Shown here: positions 9,501-16,449 of the stretch, in pieces
How positions within the stretch are numbered: position 1 is the stretch's first letter
Layout of the letters: every line of letters begins with the position of its first letter
Assembly: GCA_030749075.1 (NCBI GenBank)
Contig: JASMKR010000009.1
Span: forward strand, 23,296-87,295
Origin: Candidatus Thalassarchaeaceae archaeon
Lineage (GTDB): Archaea > Thermoplasmatota > Poseidoniia > Poseidoniales > Thalassarchaeaceae
DNA: 64,000 nt
Direction: 5' to 3'
Made by a program: the position numbers and the translations under genes
The notes under the pieces: model-generated
The model's input: only the letters and a program-made list of their open reading frames with translations
The model's database searches: none
What the model was told of the DNA's origin: nothing

Positions 9501-9608
9501 CAATTCGGCCCTATCATCAGAGTAGAGTGTCGATGATGCTGACATGCCAAGAAGCAGGATAGCGAGGGTGATTGGAAGGGTGATTTGGTGTCCGTCTCGT
9601 GCGCTCAT
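6519..9608 (-). CDS. Large surface protein: signal peptide, 7-blade RCC1-like propeller, 15 ephrin-receptor-like (GCC2/GCC3) Cys-rich repeats, C-terminal TM anchor
   Basis: Seven CWG-x-N-x-x-GQLG(D/N)G repeats (e.g. CWGNNSHGQLGDG, CWGRNTEGQIGDG). These are followed by repeats of the form Q(T/I)PC.PG.(Y/F)Q...GQ..C..A.PG.Y. TM anchor LWLTFLMFAVPAVLGGSLAIMYI plus a Lys-rich tail. Confidence 0.8.
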   Translation of the reverse strand: MSARDGHQITLPITLAILLLGMSASSTLYSDDRAELADEESALNTHSGLNFPGSTVGSIHSLTAIGAGFNYTCVVMDNNGMKCWGRGADGYLGNGNNYDIHTPVNVNMPTHPPNAVEMSGGDGHHSCLIASNGSFYCWGEDGSGQIGHGHYSCWGACWEPHGPSTLGGQAALTIVTGLHHTCAIAVDLTLYCWGQDIKGQVGNGEGVTDVLAPQEIGLPLGRTAVSINAGMDATCVILDNGSGMCWGSNQYGHLGDGTNDSSDIPTPISVLPENRSLVALDVGFMHTCGILDDGSVYCWGNNSHGQLGDGTNITSAYARAASLPPGRMAISIDAGREHTCAILDDSSAYCWGRNTEGQIGDGTTDNSSTPVSVSMPSGLGVAEITAGNFHTCAVATNGSVYCWGGHGQGALGLGEDVDSDIPAFVDLGAEYGRHALMSERDNDDDGIVNLFDPFPDGCSVGWYESGITCLETSPGWYADGYEQFPCDMGSFQPYSGQGVCITATPGHFVNTTAASSQTQCQPGNYQPLGSQTSCLQADPGNYSSETASTQQYQCQQGNYQPNYGASGCLQAAAGHYVLGGGAHNQTPCPAGTYQLLSGTTYCFEATRGFHVPSAGATAQVACESGTFSADSGQAQCTEAYPGYFASGSQQTSQSPCQPGQFQPGSGQTSCLQTDPGNYTDAEGTADQIPCGPGTYQSEAGQTSCLQADPGSYSPGGGASQIPCSAGTFTSESGQSECTQAEPGNYVSLDGATTQTPCSSGEYQSESGGSGCEQAPPGQVVSADGTSAPAPCPPGKYQPEQGQSICMQASPGHFVNESGASEQIPCQPGSFQSEPGQSECIPSSPGNYASGQGSTAQTPCAAGTFQEAGEQESCTEAMPGHHVPEEGAVSQSTCTQGSYQPGAGQDECLDASPGNFVNSTGSISQTPCQPGRYQGDSGTNHCKNAGPGHYVPESGAIEQLKCPSGEIQELEGQTACKKPKRPLWLTFLMFAVPAVLGGSLAIMYIANRKKEEQKSRKKSYLYAEDMRSKR
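6681..8237 (-). repeat. 15 tandem in-frame ~102-nt (34-aa) Cys-rich coding repeats inside the RCC1 surface protein gene
   Basis: Cys pairs recur at aa 486/500, 520/534, 554/568 ... 961/975, i.e. a constant 34-aa period (33 once) with 14-aa intra-unit spacing. The same periodicity creates long spurious ORFs in the other frames. Confidence 0.8.
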
Positions 9609-9714
9609 GGGGTCTGACGCTCGCTGGGAGTATTAACGGTTATTCGAAAATCCCATTGGGCATTTGTGTGGAGGGGATGGTCAAACTCATTTGTATGCAG
9701 CCTCACGGCGAAGC

Positions 9715-10986
9715 ATGGCAGAGAAAAATGCCGAACGGGCGGAGTCCTTCCTATCCGATAACTGCCCTCCGATGGGAATCTACGAGACTCTGTACGCGTT
9801 CAGGGACTCGTTTGGTAGCTTCATGGGCACGGAAGGCACGCACCCATGGTCTCAGGGATTCCCCCTTACAACACCGCTAGAGAAGTTTGGGGGCCCTTCG
9901 CTTCCAGAGAGCATCGACGTGACGTGGGAGGATCGCTTCTACCCCAAAGCCTGGGGGCATCCGGAGTTGCGCGAGACCATCGCAGATTACTACAACTCAC
10001 AATACGGATCCGACATCACACCCGAGAACGTCATGGTATTCGCAGGAGGGCGGCCCGGAATCTACACCGTGATGGCCTTCCTCAAGGAGCACATCGAGGT
10101 GAGATTAGGGAACATCGAGTGGCCCGCTTATCTGGACATAATGGAGCAGACAAAAACCTACTTCGAGGTAGTCCCCTTCACCAAGGAGAACAACTTCCAC
10201 CCAAGCAATGCGTCCTACTTCGATCGAACCAACCTCGATGCCAAGACTCTCCTGATGCCAGTCATATCCAATCCCCAGAATCCTTCCGGCCAGACACGTT
10301 CAGGAGAGGAACTCAAGGAGTTGATTCAGATGGCCGAGCAGCCTAGGAACGGCATACTTCTGGATGAAGCATACGAGATGTTCCATTCCCCCTCCGTAAG
10401 TGGCATCGAGTACGTTGAGGATCTGGATAACAGCAACGTGTTCATCTCGGGCGCCTGCACGAAGGGCCTACAGTCACCAGGGATTCGCATAGGTTGGATG
10501 GTCTCCAGCAAAACGAACATCGAGACGATGGCCAACTACTCTAGCTTCGGGATGGGTGGCGTGAGCCATCCCTCTCAGCACTACGCACTCAAGCTCCTCG
10601 AGCCTAGTCGCGTCAAGAAGGCACGCAAGGCGGTTGAGAAGCACTACAACTGGCAGCGTGAGCGGTACGGTAAGGCGTTCGAGGAGATGGGTCTCGGAGT
10701 TTACACTGGAAACGGTGGATTCTACCACTGGCTCGAGCTACCGGAGGGAATGACCAGTTCCGAACTCAACAATCGGCTCTTCAAGCGTGGTGCCGCAATC
10801 CTATGCGCCTTTGATTGCGACATGTCCCGCCCACATTCGAAAGACCCCGGCTATCAGACCCCATATGCTAGATTCTTCCGCTTTTCTTTCGGACCGTTGT
10901 TGCCAGAGACATTTGAATCCGATATACAGATTTTCAGTGAAGTGCTTGAAGAGTACCGTCTTGATGCGATAAAGGGCCATTACTGA
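9715..10986 (+). CDS. Class I/II PLP-dependent aminotransferase
   Basis: Motifs GILLDEAYEMF and SGACTKGLQSPGIRIGW (PLP-lysine region). Size ~423 aa. Start trimmed from TTG 9664 to ATG 9715 (MAEKNAERAE). Substrate not assignable. Confidence 0.8.
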   Translation: MAEKNAERAESFLSDNCPPMGIYETLYAFRDSFGSFMGTEGTHPWSQGFPLTTPLEKFGGPSLPESIDVTWEDRFYPKAWGHPELRETIADYYNSQYGSDITPENVMVFAGGRPGIYTVMAFLKEHIEVRLGNIEWPAYLDIMEQTKTYFEVVPFTKENNFHPSNASYFDRTNLDAKTLLMPVISNPQNPSGQTRSGEELKELIQMAEQPRNGILLDEAYEMFHSPSVSGIEYVEDLDNSNVFISGACTKGLQSPGIRIGWMVSSKTNIETMANYSSFGMGGVSHPSQHYALKLLEPSRVKKARKAVEKHYNWQRERYGKAFEEMGLGVYTGNGGFYHWLELPEGMTSSELNNRLFKRGAAILCAFDCDMSRPHSKDPGYQTPYARFFRFSFGPLLPETFESDIQIFSEVLEEYRLDAIKGHY

Positions 10987-11028
10987 ATTTGGTCAAATCC
11001 TTAAGTGATGGTTTGACTCCATGCGCCC

Positions 11029-12627
11029 GTGGCGAAGGGACCGACAGCAGAGCAGGCTGCTAAAATTATCGAGGCTACCTACAATGAGTTCCTAGAGGAG
11101 CCCGAGCGTTCCAAGCAGATTGCTAACATCCCGAAGCTCCTCGAAAAGTTCGAAGGGAACTACGCTGCGATGATCAAGAAGCTGCAATCCAAGTACGGAA
11201 AGGTATCTCCCAAGGCAAAGGAGGCCGAGCCGGAAGAGATTGAGGAGGCTGCTCCGAAGAAGAAGGCTGCGGCCAAGGAGGCTGCTCCGAAGAAGAAGGT
11301 TGCGGCCAAGGAGAAGCCGGATCCCGCCGAAGCGAAGGCTGCTGCGAAGACTAAGGTCGCTGAGGCTAAGGTCGCTGCCAAGGCTAAGGCAGCCGCTGCG
11401 AAGGCGAAAGCCGCCGAAGATGCGCAGGCGGCAAAGGAGGCCAAGGCTGAGGCCAAGGACGTGGCGAAGGCTCAGATTCAGGCGAAGAAAGAGATGGCGA
11501 AGGAGGCTAAGGCCGTGGCGAAGGCTGAGATCGAGGCCAAGAAGGCTGAGGCGGGGCGGAAGGCCGCCGAGAAGCAAGCCAAGGCTGCAAAAAAGGCACT
11601 CAAGGAGGCTCAGGAAGGCCCGAAGTTGTCCCCTGAAGAACTGCGAGAGAAGGAAATGAAGCTCAAGGCTAAGGCGAAGATGGAGGAAGAGGCCGCCAAG
11701 GCTGCTGGGCAGGAGGCTAAGGCTGCTATGGCCGAAACCAAGGCGGTTACCAAGGACCTCGCTCACGAGGCCAGAGCTGCGGCCAAGGCCGAAGCCGAGC
11801 TCAAGAAGGCCAAGGTGGAGCGCAAGGTCGCTGAGCAGAAGATCAAGGCCTCCGGGAAGGCCAAGTCGAAGGCTGCGGAGGAGCTTGAGGCATTCCAGAA
11901 GAAGCGTGAGAAGGCCGAGGAGAAGCTCGAGACTGAGATGGCCAATAAGCAAGAGGCCCTGGAAGCATCAAAGGAGGATGCGAGCGAGGCGAAGGAGGCC
12001 ATGATGGAAGTGAAGGCCCAAATGAAGGACGAGATCAAGGCCGCCAAGTCTCTGAAGAAGGATGTCGTTGCCAAGCAGAAGGAGATTGCGAAAGTCAAAG
12101 CGGAGGCCGATAAGGCCGTGGCTGAGAAGGAGAGGGTAGAGAAGGAGATTGAGGACAGTCACAAGTTCAAGGACCAGGCCGCAATAGAGGCCGAGCAGGT
12201 GAAGGCTGACATCGATCGCATTCAGAGCGAGATGAAGGCCAAAGAGGATGCGTTGGTCGGCGTTGAGACCGAAGCTCAGAAGGTAGAGAGGGAGGCGCAC
12301 GAGGCTGATCTAAAACTCAGGGCAGATAAGCTCGAGAGAGAGGAGTTGATCCTAGAGCGGGTCGGCCTCAAAGCGGTACAGGTAAACTGGGCTCAGATAG
12401 GGGAAGCCGAGGACGAGGAGCCTGACGATCTGACCAAGATAGAGGGTTTGGACGAGTTCGCACAGAAGAAGCTCAACGTGCTAGGGATTCACACCTACGA
12501 ACAGATATCTCGGCTGGATCCACTCACGGCAGAGGTGGTGAATGATGCCTTGGAATTCATGCCTGGGAGGGTAACGAAGATGATGTGGCCGCAGCAGGCA
12601 ATGCAATTGATGGTGGTTGAGCAATAA
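11029..12627 (+). CDS. Lys/Ala/Glu-rich coiled-coil protein with C-terminal helix-hairpin-helix-like (H3TH/DUF4332-like) module
   Basis: GTG start. ~360 aa of low-complexity A/K/E sequence (AAKAKAAAAKAKAAEDAQAAKEAKAEAK...). C-terminal module is LILERVGLKAVQVNWAQIGEAEDEEPDDLTKIEGLDEFAQKKLNVLGIHTYEQISRLDPLTAEVVNDALEFMPGRVTKMMWPQQAMQL. Two more copies of this module occur in the 19259-21037 gene. Confidence 0.7.
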   Translation: MAKGPTAEQAAKIIEATYNEFLEEPERSKQIANIPKLLEKFEGNYAAMIKKLQSKYGKVSPKAKEAEPEEIEEAAPKKKAAAKEAAPKKKVAAKEKPDPAEAKAAAKTKVAEAKVAAKAKAAAAKAKAAEDAQAAKEAKAEAKDVAKAQIQAKKEMAKEAKAVAKAEIEAKKAEAGRKAAEKQAKAAKKALKEAQEGPKLSPEELREKEMKLKAKAKMEEEAAKAAGQEAKAAMAETKAVTKDLAHEARAAAKAEAELKKAKVERKVAEQKIKASGKAKSKAAEELEAFQKKREKAEEKLETEMANKQEALEASKEDASEAKEAMMEVKAQMKDEIKAAKSLKKDVVAKQKEIAKVKAEADKAVAEKERVEKEIEDSHKFKDQAAIEAEQVKADIDRIQSEMKAKEDALVGVETEAQKVEREAHEADLKLRADKLEREELILERVGLKAVQVNWAQIGEAEDEEPDDLTKIEGLDEFAQKKLNVLGIHTYEQISRLDPLTAEVVNDALEFMPGRVTKMMWPQQAMQLMVVEQ

Positions 12628-12641
12628 TCTTCTCTGCCGGG

Positions 12642-12986
12642 CTAATTGACCAGTGAGAGGTCCCCGGTAATCTTGTCTATTGCCTCCCGGGGACCGGGGC
12701 CAATCCCTACCACAGTAACAGTACCGGGGGGAATCTCAGTGTGCCCAGCATCTGTGACCAAGTGACAGAGCAAGCCGGATTTTTTTGCCTTGCTGTGGAC
12801 TTTTTTCAGGGAGACTAGGTCAGGGACCTTACAGACTATCTTCCTCGCTCCTATCTTGATGTAGCGATCGAGGGCACGAGGGTTCTTTCGCTTGGCTGCG
12901 AGGACGCATTCGGCTGCGGCATGTGCGCATTGCGCTGCGAGCTTTCCCTTCGACAACTCAAGGTCCTGTCGGGTCACGAGGACCAT
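12642..12986 (-). CDS. pth2: Peptidyl-tRNA hydrolase, archaeal/eukaryotic type
   Basis: MVLVTRQDLELSKGKLAAQCAHAA ... LVTDAGHTEIPPGTVTVVGIGP. Start trimmed from TTG 13010 to ATG 12986. Confidence 0.85.
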   Translation of the reverse strand: MVLVTRQDLELSKGKLAAQCAHAAAECVLAAKRKNPRALDRYIKIGARKIVCKVPDLVSLKKVHSKAKKSGLLCHLVTDAGHTEIPPGTVTVVGIGPGPREAIDKITGDLSLVN

Positions 12987-12996
12987 TGTTAGTTCC

Positions 12997-13647
12997 TCAT
13001 CTCGTGGCAAGGTCGCTCAACGCCGATGGGGATGGGGACTGCGCGTGTCTGGACATCAGGTCAGTCAGCGGAACTGCGAGCCAAGCGACGAATGCGATAT
13101 TGCCGGCAGCGTGCAGCAGGTCGAATGGGATCCCGGAGACGAAGTACGCCGGTAGGAGTTCGGGGGAGAGCGTATGCAGGGCGCTGAGGGATACGACCCA
13201 ATCGAATACTATTGCTGCAACGACCGATGTCACTGCCAACTTGGTCGTTGCAATGGTTCCATTCGGGTACAACCTGCTGGAGAACAATGCGCCCGCGATG
13301 CCGACAGCAGACCACCCCACTGCTTGGTAGAAGGTCCAGAGGCCATGGCCGAGAATCATGTTCGATGCGAGGGCTACCGACGCAGCTAGGGCGACCGAGC
13401 GAGAAGCGCCAAAGTGGACGCCGGCAAGAAGAACGATAACTGTCACAGGCTGGACGTTTGGAATCGGGTCTAACAGAACACGTCCCGAAACTGCGAAGAC
13501 CCCGATGAGCGCAAGGGCTAACCAGTCACTGTGAGGGGTCAGATTTTGACTGGCACGCCAGAGCGCCCAGCCAATCATCGCCAGCAGCGAGACGTTGAGG
13601 GCAAGCATCGCAATGGGACTAAGCGTAACCACATGTGCGTCAATCAT
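12997..13647 (-). CDS. Multi-pass membrane protein, possible ECF-transporter S (substrate-capture) component
   Basis: 216 aa with about 6 hydrophobic helices. Lies directly downstream of a DUF4430-like gene, a pairing typical of vitamin/cobalamin ECF modules. Family assignment is weak. Confidence 0.4.
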   Translation of the reverse strand: MIDAHVVTLSPIAMLALNVSLLAMIGWALWRASQNLTPHSDWLALALIGVFAVSGRVLLDPIPNVQPVTVIVLLAGVHFGASRSVALAASVALASNMILGHGLWTFYQAVGWSAVGIAGALFSSRLYPNGTIATTKLAVTSVVAAIVFDWVVSLSALHTLSPELLPAYFVSGIPFDLLHAAGNIAFVAWLAVPLTDLMSRHAQSPSPSALSDLATR

Positions 13648-13706
13648 CAGAACCCCTCGTCACATTGGGCGCTTCTCCCCACTTGATGATTGTGCCTCTC
13701 GGGCCA

Positions 13707-14336
13707 TCACCAGGTGTCGATACGCCAGGTCAGCACGCTGTCTTCGACCAATGCTAGATCGGATATTCCCACCATCGCCACTACTCCGTTGTGGTATAGC
13801 GACCAGGAGGCCCCTGAGGTCCCGTCCTCCGAACAGATCTCGGCGTCACAAGCATTGATGCCACCGAAGGAATCGATCATGATGCCGAAGGAGAATTCCG
13901 TGTATCTCATTGCAAATGAGTCGCCCGTAGCATCGATTGCGGCTCCGAGTAGATCCAATCCTGTCTCGTATCCCTCGAATCCGCCGACGCAGGTGCCGGT
14001 CTCGTTCCATAGCGGGTCTACGAACAGCTCTCTGCCGGAGGTGTCCAGATGGTGTCTGCCGTCTTCAAACCCCTCCGGAGCATGCCCTTCGGGGAAGTGG
14101 AAGCACACTGCCTGCCTGCTATCCCACTCCTTGGGCAGACCATTGTGCGAATCGTCGTCGTCCAGCACCAGATTGGTCATTCTAGACCATTCAGTGGCGA
14201 TTGTGGATGAAGTCAGCAAGAGCATCACGAGCCAAAACACGGATAGCACCCTGAGGCGCCAATCAGGGGGTGACATCCCGTAGATTGCGCCGGTAGTGGC
14301 TAGGATGAAGGCGATGATGGGAAGCAGAACCGACAC
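13707..14336 (-). CDS. Membrane-anchored DUF4430-like (transcobalamin-like) domain protein
   Basis: Two N-terminal TM helices. C-terminus GASWSLYHNGVVAMVGISDLALVEDSVLTWRIDTW resembles the DUF4430 W-x-Y-x-vNG ... D-x-i-x-W signature. GTG start. Confidence 0.5.
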   Translation of the reverse strand: MSVLLPIIAFILATTGAIYGMSPPDWRLRVLSVFWLVMLLLTSSTIATEWSRMTNLVLDDDDSHNGLPKEWDSRQAVCFHFPEGHAPEGFEDGRHHLDTSGRELFVDPLWNETGTCVGGFEGYETGLDLLGAAIDATGDSFAMRYTEFSFGIMIDSFGGINACDAEICSEDGTSGASWSLYHNGVVAMVGISDLALVEDSVLTWRIDTW

Positions 14337-14376
14337 GGGGGTGCCAATGTTCGGAACAAGTAGTTGAACTATTCAC

Positions 14377-16413
14377 TCACTCGGTTTCCGTAATCTCCCG
14401 GATCTTCTTCCGAAGGACCTCGCTGACTATCTTCCCATCGGCTGAGCCGCCCAGCTTCTGCATAACGATGCCCATCAGTGGCCCGACGGCTCCCATTCCA
14501 CGCTCTATGACCAAATCCGTGCTCTCATCTATCGCAGCCTCAACTGCAGCCTCGACCGCCCCAGAATCAGCAGGGGCGAAGCCGCGCGAGATTGCCTCCT
14601 CCGACATCCATTCCATCAGGGAGTGGGGATCTTCTGTTTCAGCGGCCTCGACCAATATTTCGATCCCCTCTCGAGTCATTGCGCCAATCTCTCGTAGGTG
14701 AATGGCTACGGCGAGGGCGCTCACCTTCCGCGTCCCGTATTCCAGTAGTGCGCTTGCCCACGCCTTTCCAGGGAGGCTTAGTTCACCCCCCATGCCTTCG
14801 AGGAGCAGATCGTCTAGCTCGCCGTTCAACAGTGCTTCGATCTGGTTCGAGGATAGGCCGTGCCCCTGCAAACGAGCCTCCCTCTCGGCAGTGGTCGGAG
14901 GCAGGTTGCCGCGGATGTCGTCCCAGTGCTCAGATGTGATTTCGAGTAAGGGAACATCGGTTTCTGGGTACATCCTCGCTTCGCCGGGAAGTGGTCTCAA
15001 TGCCGTGGTTGTTCCATCAACCGGCCGCCCTTTTCGAATGACGACGTTCCTAACCTCCTTAGGAGTCCTATGGTATGCGAGCCTCGCCCGATTGACCACC
15101 GACTCAAGTGCTAGTTCTGCCTGCCAGACCGGCGCTACGCACAAAGCGAAGGCATCGGTCTCATCCAACGATAGGAGAGGGCGAACCAAGTCAACATCTT
15201 CTTCCGAGATTCCGTAATCCGGAAGTTCATCGGAATGGAGGATGCCAGCAACCCCAGCTAGCTTCGCAGCGCTGGCGAGTTCACGGCCCAGTCTAGGGAG
15301 CTGGGCGCCGTTGGCATCTTCCGCCTTGATTCCGATCTTGCCTGAGAACCCGGGTAGGGCGACGCCGTGGACGGTGGCTCCTTGGATGAGGGATTCACGA
15401 ATTACTGCCGACTCGCAGGCACCGAAGAGCTCGGTCAGGTCATGGATAACTAGGGGAATGCGAGAGGACGCTGCTAGGGCCACCCTATTCTCGACGGGAA
15501 TGGAGTCGTCCGCTCTGTCGGGTGGTAGCAGGGGAAGTGAGGCCTCCTTGCGCAACTCGTTGGCAAGGCGGTAGAAGTGGAGTTGCCGTGCCATCTCGAG
15601 CCGGATGATTCCGGGAATCCAATCGAGGTCCTGACAGCCCTTGATCTCGACTCGATCGCCGCAAGCAATGCTAACGTTGAGATCCTGCCTAATCGAGCCT
15701 AGGCCGCGTCTGACCTGTCGGGTGTCTCTGAGGAGCCTCCCAAGTGAGGCCGCTGTCTGCTTGGCGTGCTCTGGGGACTTGACATCGGGCGCGGTGGCTA
15801 CCTCCACCAAGGGGACTCCCAACCTATCTAAAGTGTAGAACACGGTCTCTCCGTCATCCGATGCGAGGGTGCCGAGCTTCCTCGCAGAGTCCTCCTCCAA
15901 TGAGATGAGATCGATTCCCACCTCGCCCGAGTCCGTTTCTATCCTGCCTTTCGTAGCAATTAGGGTCGTCCTCTGGAATCCGCTGGTGTTCGAACCATCA
16001 ACGACTGTCTTGCGCATCGCCTGGAGAGTGGGGATGGGTTTGGCATCCATCATGGCAGCCATCGTCAGAGACACTTCCACCGCGGTGACATCGTGCTTTA
16101 GGGGCGGAGCCTCGTCCAGCTCGATCAATCCGGAGTTCGGTGTCTGGACATACTCGAAGGCGCGGTTCCTCCTTTGCTCAAAACGTGCTGCGACATCTAT
16201 TTTCCCGCTCTCTCCTTCCGATGCCCTGAGTTTGCGATTGGATCGATTCCAATCATTGGGGATGTCCTCCATCTTGAAGTCGTACAACTCACTGGGCATC
16301 CTCGAGTGCAGCTTATCGGTAGCGAGTTGTTGGTGAATCTCCAAGCCGCACATGAACCCCAGCGCTACCGGGTCTAGCGTGTCAGGCTCAAGTACGTCGC
16401 CGATGGGCTCCAT
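14377..16413 (-). CDS. gatE: Glutamyl-tRNA(Gln) amidotransferase subunit E (archaeal GatDE type)
   Basis: N-terminus GLEIHQQLATDKLHS, 678 aa, with a GatB/YqeY-like C-terminal tail. gatD is not adjacent. Confidence 0.9.
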   Translation of the reverse strand: MEPIGDVLEPDTLDPVALGFMCGLEIHQQLATDKLHSRMPSELYDFKMEDIPNDWNRSNRKLRASEGESGKIDVAARFEQRRNRAFEYVQTPNSGLIELDEAPPLKHDVTAVEVSLTMAAMMDAKPIPTLQAMRKTVVDGSNTSGFQRTTLIATKGRIETDSGEVGIDLISLEEDSARKLGTLASDDGETVFYTLDRLGVPLVEVATAPDVKSPEHAKQTAASLGRLLRDTRQVRRGLGSIRQDLNVSIACGDRVEIKGCQDLDWIPGIIRLEMARQLHFYRLANELRKEASLPLLPPDRADDSIPVENRVALAASSRIPLVIHDLTELFGACESAVIRESLIQGATVHGVALPGFSGKIGIKAEDANGAQLPRLGRELASAAKLAGVAGILHSDELPDYGISEEDVDLVRPLLSLDETDAFALCVAPVWQAELALESVVNRARLAYHRTPKEVRNVVIRKGRPVDGTTTALRPLPGEARMYPETDVPLLEITSEHWDDIRGNLPPTTAEREARLQGHGLSSNQIEALLNGELDDLLLEGMGGELSLPGKAWASALLEYGTRKVSALAVAIHLREIGAMTREGIEILVEAAETEDPHSLMEWMSEEAISRGFAPADSGAVEAAVEAAIDESTDLVIERGMGAVGPLMGIVMQKLGGSADGKIVSEVLRKKIREITETE

Positions 16414-16449
16414 GATACCGTTCGCGGGATGGGGGTGACGCTCATAGGG

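Noticed and set aside
11092-11952. 286-aa minus-strand ORF (plus 11160-11456, 11240-11659, 11763-12098) over the K/A/E-rich gene
   Set aside because: The products are Leu/Ser/Gly- or Arg-rich low-complexity sequences. They arise automatically from the reverse or shifted reading of repetitive GCN/AAG/GAG codons, and no independent start context or motif supports them.
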